Shown: piece after piece, positions 11,766 to 24,020 of the stretch
Position numbering within the stretch: the first letter of the stretch is position 1
Layout: the number at the start of each line of letters is the position of its first letter
NCBI RefSeq assembly: GCF_006345805.1
Contig: NC_042998.1
Location: 140,616,001-140,680,000, forward strand
Source of the DNA: Octopus sinensis
Taxonomy: Eukaryota
Direction: 5' to 3'
DNA: 64,000 nucleotides
Position numbers and translations under genes: made by a program
The notes under the pieces: generated by a model
What the model was told of the DNA's origin: nothing
The model's database searches: none
Seen by the model: only the letters and a program-made list of their open reading frames with translations

Positions 11766-14284
11766 GTCTACAGGCCGCCTCTAGCCGAGCCCCAGGACGA
11801 TGCTCATCTACTCGAAGCGATAAGATTCGTTTCAGCTTCGCATGACTGCTTGGTACTAGGCGACTTCAACGCTCCCACGATCGATTGGCCCGCATCAATT
11901 TGTACATCTTCCCGGTTCGGCCAGGCCCTTCTTGACGTGGCTGAAGATTGTTTTCTATCGCAACATGTTGAATATCCGACAAGGCATCGGTCTGGGCAGC
12001 AGCCATCTATGCTAGATCTGGTATTCTCCCGCTATCCAAGATCAGTGTCAGACGTATCTGTGTGCGCCCCTCTTGCCAAGAGTGATCATGCGGTCCTGAA
12101 GTTCGTCATGCACACAACTTTTTCCACGCCCACGATTACTTCGCTGCCACGTAGAGTCTTCCCTGCAATTAATCTTGAAATTCTAACCGAGGCTTCCGCG
12201 CTTCTGGACTGGCGTTCCCTGATGACGTTGTCCTCAGTTGACGAACTATGGTCATCCCTCAAAGCATATGTAATCTGTTTGACTGACCAGGCAGTTCCCG
12301 TTGGACTTCCCAAGAGGAAGAAACACAAGCCCTGGGTGACGAAGAAGGTTAAACGAGAACGTCGACTCAGAGATATTGCTTGGGCTGAATTCAAAAATCT
12401 GGATTCGACTGCAGCTTTTGAGGTGTACAAAACTCAACGAGACCGAGCTGTGAAAATTGAAATGAAGGAACGCTTCAGTTATGAATACAAAATCGCGGCA
12501 AATGCCAGTAGCAATCCAAAAACCTTCTTTGCCCATGTCCAGCGGAATTCCCGCTTACAAACCAGATTGCAACGTTGGTAGACTCAACAGGCGTATCGAT
12601 TGAGGACCCTTATCAACAGAGTCAATTATTTGCCGAGGCTTTTTCAACTATTTTCAAACAAGATGATGGTCGTGAACCCCCTCCATTTGATAGATCGGTA
12701 CCTCCAATGCTTCGATTGATCATCACGCGGGACCAAGTCAAACGTGTTATTCAAGGCCTCGATGTCAACAAGGGTCACGGCCCTGACGGCATACACCCAC
12801 GGGTTATCAAAGCGTTGGCTCCGGTCATCTGCGAGCCCTTAACACGACTATTCAATATGTCATTGGCGACGGGTGTTATACCTGCAGACTGGAGAACAGC
12901 GATAATCTGCCCAATTTTCAAGAAAGGGAGCCGCGAAGACCCGCTTAACTACCGACCGGTTTCCCTTACATCAATAATCAGCAAGATGTTCGAAACCATC
13001 CTTAAGAAAAGTATGATGCTCCACCTCCTAAACACAGCCTCGATCACTGATTCCCAACACGGCTTCGTGCCGAAGAGATCATGCTTGACCAACTTACTAG
13101 TAATGGAAGAATTGGTGACGCGCATCCTCGATGATAGTGATGCTGTTGACATCGTTTTATTGGACTTTGCAAAGCTTTTGACTCGGTAAACCACCGCCTA
13201 CTACTTGTCAAGCTTCAAGCATATAGTTTTCATCCGGATATTGTACGATGGGTTGGTGCCTTCCTCTCAGATCGCTCCTTCCAAGTTCAAGTTAATAGTT
13301 CGCGGTCCGACGTCTCCAGTGCGAGCAGTGGCGTGCCTCAAGGTTCAGTGCTTGGGCCCTTGTTGTTCTTAGTCTTCATAAATGACTTGCCCGACGACCT
13401 CACGCAACACACCCTTCTATTTGCCGACGATATCAAACTGGTCGCTCCTCGCGGTAGTATAGAGGATCTTCGTCGATGCCTCCACCAAATTTGGAAGTGG
13501 TCTAACGATTGGGATCTGTGTCTGAACGTGTCAAAGTGCTGTCATCTGCCTGTCGGCTCTACTCCTGCAACTCAACTTGATTTCGAGCCGGGTCGTCTGC
13601 TGCTGGAGAGGACCGATCAGGTAAAGGACCTGGGTATCTGGTGGATTCCTCCTTTTCGCCTTCGGCCCAGTGCGTCCATGCTGCCAACAAAGCGCGCGGA
13701 ATTCTGTTTTTGATTCGACGGTCATTCGGAATGCTCACAGCAGCCATATTCCTGCCACTCTATGTCACGCTGGTGAGACCCATATTGGAGTATGGGATTC
13801 AAGCCTCTTCTCCTTATCTCCTCAAAGACATACAGCACCTCGAAAGAGTCCAGAGGCTGGCTACCCGCATGGTTCATGGTCTCAAAAATTTGTCCTACGA
13901 AGAAAGGCTGAGGACGCTCGACCTTTGTTCTCTTGAAAAACGCCGCCGCCGTGGTGATCTCATTCTCGCCCACAACATCATAAGCGGGAAGTGTAACCTC
14001 TCGAAAGAGCTGTTCTTCTTCACTCTGCTCCGGAGCGTCGGCTGCGGGGTCATTCCGAAAAGCTCTACCTGCGACGATTTCATCTCAATCGAAGGAGAGG
14101 AGCTTTCTCCGTCGGGTTGCGGATCCGTGGAACAAGCTGCCAGACGAGATGGTGAAGATGCCGACGACCGCTTTGTTCAAAGCCTCCCTGGACTTCAAGT
14201 GGCCTGAACTCTTTACATGAACACCACCCTGTACTTAACTCCATGTCCCCCTACATGGCCTTGCTATTTGCTTTTGAGCCAAAT

Positions 14285-14323
<39 letters not shown>
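11766..14323 (+). mobile_element. 5'-truncated CR1/L2-group LINE (APE endonuclease C-half + RT) with (AACT)9 tail
   Basis: VYRPP...LVLGDFNAP (APE), KGHGPDGI, NYRPVSLTS, QHGF..KRSCLTNLL, LDFAKAFDSV, GVPQGSVLGPLLFL.FINDL, LFADDIKL, VRPILEY, LE.RR.RGDLI; stop at ~14219; AACT x9 at 14286-14321; four single-base frameshifts. Confidence 0.95.
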
Positions 14324-14324
14324 A

Positions 14325-14470
14325 ACAGGGATTGGTGAGTAAACGTACTGGCAACTAATTTCATGACAGTTAGTTGCGGGAAGTCTTTTTATTTGATGCG
14401 GTAACAGTACCATCCAAGTCGTGCGAGCAGTATCCCTATTGTGAATCTTCATCTAAGATTTATTTACGAT
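14325..14470 (-). pseudogene. Old degenerate LINE RT fragment (right of the CR1 insertion)
   Basis: Minus translation GYCSHDLDG...VRLLTNP matches the EYCSHIWDG...AVRLI..P motif that normally precedes the 11500-11755 segment. Confidence 0.5.
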
Positions 14471-14621
14471 TAATCACTTTTGATGACTGAAGTATTTTCT
14501 AGCCTCGAAGAAGGTCAAACATTGTGAGGCAGTTTTTGATTTGTATTGTAGTTGTGAGATTACCAGAAAAGAGCCTTCGTGATGATGAAGCATAACAATT
14601 GTAGAAACCTTGAGGCATCTA

Positions 14622-14805
14622 ACAGAGCTGAATCGTTAGCACGTCAAACGAAATGTTTAGCTGCATTTATTTTATAACCCTAATTCAAATACTACTGAGG
14701 TTAACTTGGTCTTTCATCCTTTCGAGTTTGACAAAAAGTACCAGTCAAGTACTGAGGTCAGTGTAATCGACTGGTCTCTTCCCCTCAAAATTGGTGACCT
14801 TGAAT
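14622..14805 (+). mobile_element. SINE family A, degenerate
   Basis: gaatcgttagcacg...ttcaaat..gaggttaactt..tttcatcctttcg..aagtaccagtcaagtactg..gtaatcgact. Confidence 0.75.
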
Positions 14806-15523
14806 CCCGCAATGGACCAATGGAGATGTGATCTCGGTCACTTATATACACCATGGAAACCAGATAACCGGCCTTCTGAGAGCTTGGCATCGAGAGAAGG
14901 TAAAAGAAACAATAATGTTTGCTTGATACGTGAAGTGTTTGTGTCATCGTGTTGTTGATCTATAAATGAATAGTATGTTACCCCCACACCACCCATTGTA
15001 GGTTATTTTTCGAGGTCTCTGTTTACGGAGGAGTCTGTGTAGTCTTGTCGAGAGAAACCTCGTATCAACATCGAAGAGTCTTTCTCGTTGCTATCTACTT
15101 TTGTTGAAGGCATGTCCTAGTTAACTGAGTCACTTGAATCGCTTCATTGAACTCTCTAATGACCATGAGAAAGCCATGAATGCCACGCCTTCTAATTCGT
15201 TTTGCCTGTTACTGAGTGGATCTTATACTATTGTATTTTGTCGTGTTTTGTTATAAGTAATAAGTGGTATCTTTCATATGTGTCTCCATGATAGATGTTT
15301 GTCACGAAACTCCATTTTGTCGTCTGTATGTCTCATTTTTTACATATCAGACTCTCTTCTGTCGTATCAGCTGTCCCACGGTTAAGTCAGCATTGATATA
15401 AATGAAGCAAATTAGAATAATGTAAAATACTGCAGCACTTGCGGGACATCTATTATAGGTCAAGTGTGTACTATATCTTCAAACTTATTTCATTTCATTT
15501 ATATACACATATATATATATATT

Positions 15524-15566
<43 letters not shown>

Positions 15567-15599
15567 ACAGAAGAGAATATACATGTATATTATCTTCTG

Positions 15600-16530
15600 C
15601 TTTTAATTATTTGAAATCTTCCTGTAAGGTTTCTAACAAAGAGATATAAACCTCCATCGTTGTAATGTATATGGTATAATATTTATGGTGTTTAGGGAAA
15701 TTTGATTGTAGAATTTGAAAGAAAAGTTTAGGTAAATTTCTAACCCTGAGTGGAAAAGGAAAGAGCGAGCCACACAACCTCACGTATTCTGGGTTTAGAA
15801 TTACTGGATATATTAGGATTTTTAGGAGTAGACGGTCTATAGTTATATTTATTACAATTATCATAATGTTTATGGTTTCTCGAGTTAAACCCTCTAAATT
15901 TCGGTTTATATGTGCTAAGTATATTTAATGGGCCTAATTTCCTTAAGTCTACAGAATTATTAGAACTGGTATTCGTCATCTTCATTTTTAATTTTGTATT
16001 CGGTATATAATAAATGCTTTTATCAAATCCGCTTAATTTCAGGGTGTTGTTATAAAACGGAGCGTGTTGTTTAAAGATATCTTCGTTAGCTGATAAGTTT
16101 GACAAGCTAATGGAAATAGCTACCACAATGCTATTAATAGTTGAATAGAGATGGTTTGAGGATACATTGGTATATTGAAGGGTTTGTTTCGGTTTCCTAT
16201 ACAGATAGTAGAGTCCGGTGTTTAAGTCTAATGTAACGTCAAGAAAATTAGCTACCTTAGGGTTGATATAAAACAATGATATCAAGGTTATAAAAATATT
16301 TTTATAAATTTCTTTAGATCTTTTTTTAATCTTTCTATGGCGGGATTAGATAGATTGCGTGCGATAAATAGGGAATTATCCCTATAGATACCACCAGAAA
16401 GACAAGGGAAGCTACTTTTTATCTTATCAAGGAGATACAGACCCACCAAATCAGTGATCTGTGCTGAACCCGACGAGCCCATTGTTATATCAAATAGGTC
16501 CGTGGATTCAGACCTGACCTAGTTTTGGTC
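15600..16530 (-). pseudogene. Penelope-like element RT fragment (Naiad-like)
   Basis: MGSSGSAQITDLVGLYLL, GIYRDNSL (degenerate YRDD), NFLDVTLDL, YRKP, SNH, N.SANEDIF..APFYN..LK.SG and the post-RT segment VW...FS..V..N..KLFFQILQ.NFPKHHKY. Confidence 0.85.
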
Positions 16531-16712
16531 GTTATAATCAATTAAAGTCATCTTAGCGGCATGTATAATATCTATTTTAAGTGACTTTTACATGTAATTT
16601 TGTTCACTGATTTATGAATTTAAATGTATATTTATTTTGTTGTGTGTTTAAAATTATGGTTTGGAATTTGTATTGATTGCCTGGATGTGTTCCTTCTATA
16701 ATTTCCCTTATG

Positions 16713-16745
<33 letters not shown>

Positions 16746-16926
16746 GGGGGGAGAGAAATATAGGTCCAAGTAGAACAATTCAAACTTTTTGAGGTGTCCA
16801 AAAAGAGAGAAAATAATTTTCATCATATTCAAAAATATCCTGCTAGAGCAAGCAATAAGAATATGAAAATAACAATTGAAAAAGTTCGTTATAGGTATCT
16901 TTATAACGAACTTTTTCAATTATATA

Positions 16927-17468
16927 CGGGGTGGGCCAAAATAAATGCCCCAACTTGCGTTTTTGAAAATCCAACGATTTTGTAGGTGCTGATCGAGGAA
17001 GTTTCTTATACGCTTGTCATAATGAAAAGGTGCTACATCTTGCACAAACATTTTGGAATAACACTATCGAAAATACGGCCAGATGGTGTTTTCACACAAT
17101 GCCAGGTAACGATCACCATTCATAATTTCTCGTTGAATATGAAATGCACAAATTCTTGAAGACGATATCGCCGCCCAAATAACAAGAGAAGGTGATTTGA
17201 CGTACTTTCCCCAAACCATTCAGGGTCATCTTCTGAATAATAGAAGCAGTTATGGCGGTTGATGTGACCGGAAACATAGACGGTCGTTTCATCAGAGAAA
17301 GTCAGTCAATCAAAAAATCTGGAATTTCTGGCTCCTGCCAGCATTCTCTCACAAAATTCGACATATAGAAATAATAACAGCATGCATCAAGAAACTACAG
17401 AACTAATAGACACATATAATCAGGGCACATATAAAGGTGAAACACTAATTTTTGGCCACCGGCCCACC

Positions 17469-17471
<3 letters not shown>
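16927..17471 (-). mobile_element. Internally deleted Tc1/mariner-superfamily element with TIRs
   Basis: TA-flanked TIRs CGGGGTGGGCC / CAGGGTGGGCC; minus translation FSDETT...GHINRHNC..Y...NGDRYL..FVQD.APFHY..IR.FL....NRWI (first two catalytic Asp motifs). Confidence 0.85.
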
Positions 17472-17524
<53 letters not shown>

Positions 17525-17639
17525 TATTATAATAGTATTTAATGATTTCCAAATAAGCTATTTAATACCCAGTATAAAAGTACTTATAATACAAGAAAAT
17601 ATGTAAATCGCCCACACACTTCAAGTTTAGAATTAGTCG

Positions 17640-18200
17640 ACTCAATGGTAACAAAAACAGGACAGTAACCACAGTACAAAATATAAACAGTAAAAGACAG
17701 GACAAGGAGAATAACAAGACAAGAAGGGTTGTTAAGCCGAACGAATAAAAGTATTACGAACGCTATTTCTAAGGACGGCGAAGAGAGCAAAGAAAAATGC
17801 CGTCCACACTTCAAGGAAGTCAGGCGAGAAATACACTGTCGTTACTGTCCTGTTTTTGTTACCATTTTTACCCCTCTGCAAAAAGATCTGAAATTTTATT
17901 TGATTTGCTTTTCGCAGGAAGGAAAGTTTCTATCGAAGATGCATATCGCCTTTACCTTCGAAACGCAGAGTAGATGAAACCATGGCAACTGAAGAAGGGG
18001 AATTTTCCTTGTGTTATTTGTCCTGTACTCTATTTTTAGTTGTTTAAGAAAAATGTCTAGTTCCTTGGTTTTGTGTTTATGTTTTCGTTTCTCATTGTGT
18101 TCGACGTTTTTTTTGGTGTCCTGTACCCATATATGCGTGTATATATACATATAGAGGTAGGTACGAACATATATGTATATATATATATGCATATGTTTTA
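17640..18200 (+). mobile_element. Repeat family D (probable Penelope-like 3' end) with 26 bp inverted tail
   Basis: Homologous to minus-strand copies at 58400-59725; aatggtaacaaaaacaggacagtaac at ~17644 is the reverse complement of gttactgtcctgtttttgttaccatt at ~17841. Confidence 0.65.
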
Positions 18201-18214
18201 TTTATTAATATATA

Positions 18215-18287
<73 letters not shown>

Positions 18288-18289
18288 CG

Positions 18290-18670
18290 TTGCTGTTGGC
18301 GTCTTCATAGCATCGTAGTTTTCATGTTGCAACGGTATAATAGATTTATATTCGCCGATTAAAAGGTCTTTCATTTTAATTACGGCAGCCGACCGAAACA
18401 GACGCCGCCACATTGAGAGAGTCGTCACCATCACACAATGTTATGTCTACCGTTCCACTGCATTTGTCGGTTAACTGTCAACAGCATTGTTTACACGTTA
18501 TCTATGGATTTATTTGCTTTTATTCGTATAAATACATATTTTAGCTACGCTACAAGATGTTAACAGAAAGTGCAATCGTTTTGTTTTTTTCTCAGATAAT
18601 TTTAAAAAATAACAAAATAAAAATAAAAACCAATAACTCCCGGAGTTCCTGGTTAAGCCATTTTTCCAGA
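18290..18670. repeat. Unclassified dispersed repeat F, copy 2
   Basis: Homologous to 9470-9830. Confidence 0.75.
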
Positions 18671-19553
18671 TTAGATGCAGAAATAGTATTTTGTTTTTGT
18701 TTAATTTAAGTTTTTTTTTTTTTTTGGTTTGCAAGATTCTTGAAGTGAACTCGTGTTGAAACATATTTTGTTGTATCTCGGGAGGGTCATTGTGCCAATG
18801 ATAAACTCACACGTTGGTTCTATTTCATTTCTTTTGTTGTTGTTGTTGCTGTTAATTATTATTATTATTATTTCTTGTGTTTTTTTTCTTGTTGTTGGGG
18901 TGGGAGAAGAACAAAACTCTTCCCATTATTGTATTGCATCAGTTTATTTTGTAATGGGCTTGAGCCTTTTGTTGTATCAGTGCCAGTGGCGGCTTGTAGA
19001 TTAAATTAGTGGGGGTGCTGCTTCAGAAAATTTTTAGCCGTTGTTTTAATATTATGTAAAAGGAAACAAATATATAAAAAGAAAATTTATGCATAAATTT
19101 TCTTTTTAGCCACTACCGGGTAGTGTGTTTAATTTGTTCACTGAAAACCCGCGAATTCCCCCTTGATTTAAAAAAATCCTCCTTAAATCACAAATGGGGG
19201 GGGGAGCCCTATTTTTCAAATCCTGGAAGCAACACTGAAACTGGAAGCAGGATAATGGCAGATCTTAGCCATTTCTCCGCAGACTGAAAAAAAATGAACA
19301 ACCTTAATGGATTTTCGAACCTTATTGGGTTCTTATCAGAAGTGTCCACATCATTCTGACAGCCTCCAGAGAAACAGGCAACCAAACTGTTTATATATTC
19401 AACAAATTCAGCATTTACTCCATGAAGGAGTCCCTAATTTGCATACCGAAAGTGTTTAACACTTTATAAATACCAGCGGCCTGTCAACGGGGATCTTACT
19501 CCTCACAGTATCAAGATGTGGTATTATATATATATATATATATGGTATTATAA

Positions 19554-19782
19554 AGCGGCGAGCTGGCAGGAACGTTAGCACGCCGGGCGAAATGGGTAGC
19601 CGTATTTCGTCTGCCGTTACTTTGTGAGTTCAAATTCTGCCGAGGTCGACTTTGCCTTTCATCCTTTCGGAGTCGATAAATTAAGTACCAGTTACGCACT
19701 GGGGTCGATGTAATCGACTTAATGCCTTTGTCTGTCCTAGTTTGTCCCCTCTATGTTTAGCCCCTTGTGGGCAATAAAGAAA
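19554..19782 (+). mobile_element. SINE family A monomer, full length
   Basis: gcggcgagctggcaggaacgttagcacgccgggcg...gagttcaaattc...ccccttgtgggcaataaagaaa. Confidence 0.92.
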
Positions 19783-20378
19783 GTATATATATATATATAA
19801 CATGGTATAATTATAAACAGGGCAAATTTTAGCCTTGTTTATATACTCAACAAATGCAGCGGTTACTCTTTAAAGGAGTCCCTAATTTGCATACCGAAAG
19901 TGTTTAACACTATAAATTCTACACTTTATCTCATTCAAGAATATAAACATGTTTTTAAGCACAACACATGCGGAGTAAAAAAAAGAAACACTACCGTTCA
20001 CCCGGCACTGTCGTTCATGCAGTGCTGTCTCTTTCTAATGTGAAGCTTCCTATCTCGGACATGTGAGCACGCGCACAGCAGCCAAAAACCGCGTCGCTGG
20101 AACTATACAAGGACTTTTGTATTTTTTCATAAACTAGCGGATGGCTACTGACATTAAGCTTAAGATTATATAATGTACAAGTATAAAGAAAGAATTAAAG
20201 AAAAAAGGACTCATTATATTGAATGTTATCGATAATATCGAGTGGAAATAGGGGGCGTTGCAGTTTCGCAGTGCCTATACAGGATCTGCCACTGGTTAGT
20301 ATTTGTATTGTATGCAGTATTGTTCTTCTGTTGGGTATCCGATTTGTTGAGTAGATGTTGTGGCGGTAGTTTATTTTA

Positions 20379-20611
20379 AAGGCGGCGAGCTGGCAGAAAC
20401 GATAGCACACCGGGCGAAATGAGTAGCCGTATTTCGTCTGCCGTTACGTTCTGAGTTCAAATTCCGCCGAGGTCGACTTTGCCTTTCATCCTTTCGGGGT
20501 CGATTAAATAAGTACCAGTTACGCACTGGGGTCGATATAATCGACTTAATCCGTTTGTCTGTCCTTGTTTATCCTCTCTGTGTTTAGCCCCTTGTGGGTA
20601 GTAAAGAAATA
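20379..20611 (+). mobile_element. SINE family A monomer with 14 bp TSD
   Basis: Full head, core and tail; ggtagtttatttta at 20365-20378 and 20612-20625. Confidence 0.95.
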
Positions 20612-20639
20612 GGTAGTTTATTTTATTGGATATTTAGAG

Positions 20640-21120
20640 TACAGAATATGTATTGTGCTTGTGGATTGCTTTATTTGGGCTATACTATCGAGTTCCTTGT
20701 GTAGGGTATGGTTGTTCCTCGCAGGGTTGTTGTGTAGTGATGAGGGTCTAGGTAAAGCTTCTACGTTTTTGTTAATATGTGTTTTTTTTTTATTATACTC
20801 AATGCCCCAGTGCTGTTGTTTTCATTTTCATGCCCCACATCTTGAATACTTCAATTTTGAAATCTTTGTAATTTGACAATTATTCCGCTTCTTTTGGGGT
20901 AATATTCTGGTCTGAAGTGATTGCAATGTCTATCAGTTAGGAACTGTTGTTTTCCAAACCTTAATAATTATGTCTGGACGATTAGCTATGATTTCTTTGT
21001 CAGTTTGAACGTACAAATCCAAATGATTGTAGCTTGTTCGTTGTCATGTACCTTGTTTGGCACATGTTTATACCATTACTTGTTAGTCTTTATATTGTAG
21101 TGTTGGCATATTGCATTTTG
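20640..21120 (-). pseudogene. RLE-type non-LTR (R4/Dong/NeSL-like) endonuclease fragment
   Basis: Minus translation CQHYNI...WYKHVP.KV.DNEQATIIW...QTDKEIIANRPDIII...IDIA....NI..KE.E.LS.YKD..IEV.KMW across frameshifts. Confidence 0.8.
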
Positions 21121-21494
21121 CCCGGCGCGCTAACGATTCTACCAGCTCGCCGACTTCACATACTTATATATTAATGTTTGTCTTTATGCTGTAACAACCC
21201 CATGAGTTGAAGCTGATTCACGTAAATACATACACCTGATTAACAACTCTACGTAGATGAACGAATTCTGAAGAATAACAGGACCCCAAATTTAATCAAT
21301 AAAAACGTTTCATAACATCTCTTCATCACAATCTACCCTATAACTTAATCATCACTCAAATGAGCTCAGCCTACTCTAGAAAAATTTTTTTTAACACAGA
21401 CCATATATATAGTCAAGGTGTACCACAGTCCGATGATGGCTTAGGAGGTCGAAAGTTGAAAGTCACTTCATATATCTCATTCTCTCCTCTCTCT

Positions 21495-21573
<79 letters not shown>

Positions 21574-21723
21574 AGAGCAATAAGATTCAAGTTAATTTAA
21601 AAAATTTACTTGAATATGGTACCTAACTTAGATGCACCAAAAAAAAAAAAAACTATACTGATTTAACAATACAGTAATGTGGGGTGATTATAAGCGAGAA
21701 AGAAGCAACAAGAATGGATAGGT

Positions 21724-21814
21724 TTTTAGTACGATCGTTTCATACAAGGACAGGTTTTATTAAAAGTTGCAAAGATTACAGCATATAAACGAGTCCCGTA
21801 CTCATCAGCTAAAA
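21724..21814 (-). ncRNA. Type I hammerhead ribozyme (mirror copy in left palindrome arm)
   Basis: Reverse complement of 22380-22470. Confidence 0.7.
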
Positions 21815-22379
21815 TACATGTAAGTTCTCTAGACATCCTAGTGTTTGAGGCTATACTCATGAAGTAATGTAGATAATTAAACAGATTTCTAAAGTTCATT
21901 AAAGTTCTTTAAAGATGATGTACAGTCTTATCACAGAATTTTAAAAAAGTTTGATAGCATCACAGAGAAGGTGACCTAATCCATATGAATTTCCTAGATA
22001 TGATGAGGGATTATATACTCAGAAGACAAATTTATCCATTGTTAATTACAACGAGGTGGGTCTCATTCCTGTGCATATATACAAAGGATTAATTCACCCT
22101 CTCTGTAATGCTAATAAGCAGGAATTGAGACCCACCTCGTGTAATTAACAATGGATAAATTTGTCTTCTGTGAGTATATAATCCCTCATCATATCTATGG
22201 AAATTCATATGGATTAGGTCACCTTCTCTTGTGATGCTATCAAAACTTTTTTAAAATTCTGTGATAAGACTGTACATCATCTTTAAGAACTTTAATGAAC
22301 TTTAGAAATCTGTTTAATTATCTACATACTTCATGAGTATAAGCCTCAAACACTAGGATGTCTAGAGAACTTACATGTA

Positions 22380-22470
22380 TTTTAGCTGATGAGTACGGGA
22401 CTCGTTTATATGCTGTAATCTTTGCAACTTTTAATAAAACCTGTCCTTGTATGAAACGATCGTACTAAAA
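22380..22470 (+). ncRNA. Type I hammerhead ribozyme with palindromic stem III and long loop II
   Basis: ttttag-CTGATGA-gtac...gtat-GAAA-cgatcg-TA-ctaaaa: 6 bp stem I, intact core, GUA cleavage triplet. Confidence 0.72.
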
Positions 22471-22499
22471 ACCTATCCATTCTTGTTGCTTCTTTCTCG

Positions 22500-22529
<30 letters not shown>

Positions 22530-22537
<8 letters not shown>

Positions 22538-22858
22538 TAAATTAGAGACAAAACCACTATTAGGCAAATCAAACAAAGAAAAACTTAAGCCAATACATAA
22601 TATTATTTAATTTATATTATTTAAATATATAACAAAATTATTAAAAAAATATAATTAATATCACACTACGATCGTTTCATGCCTGCTAACTTCTTTAATT
22701 CTTTAAATTTTGAGTCGCATCATTCATCAGGTGGTTTAAATATTTATCTTGGCGAGGTTTAAACAATTTAATATAATATAATATTTTACTATAAAATGGA
22801 TTCAATCCTAAATCTGATTTTTCCCTGTAAGTTTGGATTTATTCCCTAATATTTATTA

Positions 22859-22860
<2 letters not shown>
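22530..22860 (-). mobile_element. Penelope-type pLTR-like repeat with degenerate hammerhead (22664-22733)
   Basis: 22530-22595 is the reverse complement of 63930-64000; minus strand cac-CTGATGA-atg...cat-GAAA-cgatcg-TA-gtg. Confidence 0.6.
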
Positions 22861-22941
<81 letters not shown>

Positions 22942-23909
22942 TTTTATAGAGAGAGATATATGTATACGCTGTACATACATACGTATATATTTTGAAGCAT
23001 ACAATATATAAGCACGTATTCGTTCATTCGCTTACGTTAGACTTACTTTATACATGCGTACTTGAACTATAAAAATAAAAAAAAACACAAATAATATTAC
23101 GAATATTTCAAAAGAGTAAAACTTAGTGAAAAGAAACGAGGAGAAAGAAATATAGGAAAATTTGGTAAGCAAAGCATTTTCTTTTTGCGCTCATCTCAGA
23201 AGCCTCAGATGTGCAGCGGTCCGTAAACTTGTGCTATATTCAAAATGGCTCCTTGTCATTGAAGCTTAAACGCATTTTTAATCCTCAACACACACAAAAA
23301 AAAACTAAGCTCTCAAATGTGGAATTCCTACTTCGCTAAAAGTCATCGCCACTGCCACCGACATTACCAACACCACCACTGACGCAAACGCCGCTACTGT
23401 TGCTGCTGCAATTGTTGTTTTTGTTGCTGCTGCTGGTGGTATTGTTGCTGTTGTTGTTCTTGTTGCTGCTGCTACTGTTGTTGTTGTTGTTGTGACAGAT
23501 ATCAAGGAGAAGAGCTGAAGAAACGAAGAAAAACGAAAAGAAGAAAAGAAGTGTGACGCATTTTTGTGTTTACGAAGAGAATCTTATAAAATGTGCACTC
23601 ATCGTCTTCTGATATTTGTGTGATTGAATTTAATGTGGAGTGGGGCGTGCGAGTTCATTTGTACCTTCTGCTGTTTGTTCCTTTACTCCCTTCAGTAATT
23701 GATAACTGGTCCATGCTGGAACAGTTATCATCTCTCCTTCTCATTAAGAAAGTGAGCTATCTTGAAGAATCAAGAATTCTCTGAAATTAAGAATTCTCTG
23801 TTATTAAAGAAATGCTACTCTGAATGTCCGGAGACAATAAAACAGTTATGGACACGTATTTCTGTTTTAGTAGGGGGGTCATCAGTCCATCTCCAGACGG
23901 AACACCTAG

Positions 23910-23964
<55 letters not shown>

Positions 23965-23969
23965 TGTGT

Positions 23970-24019
<50 letters not shown>

Positions 24020-24020
24020 T
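23910..24020. repeat. (TG)n microsatellite
   Basis: Direct inspection. Confidence 0.95.

Larger units (their letters stand above)
21689..22505. repeat. ~820 bp palindrome (arms 21689-22071 and 22119-22505, 47 nt spacer) flanked by (TA)n; probable inverted Penelope-type pseudo-LTRs
   Basis: Arms are reverse complements differing only by a few single-base indels; (TA)n at 21497-21570 and 22503-22530. Confidence 0.95.

Noticed and set aside
21428-21468. agt-CCGATGA-tggc..ggtc-GAAA..TC-act hammerhead-like motif
   Set aside because: Core U mutated, stem II weak and stem III unpaired.
23848-23890. Hammerhead-like motif on minus (atgga-CTGATGA...GAAA-tacg-TG-tccat)
   Set aside because: Stem II does not pair and the cleavage position is G; at best a dead relic.
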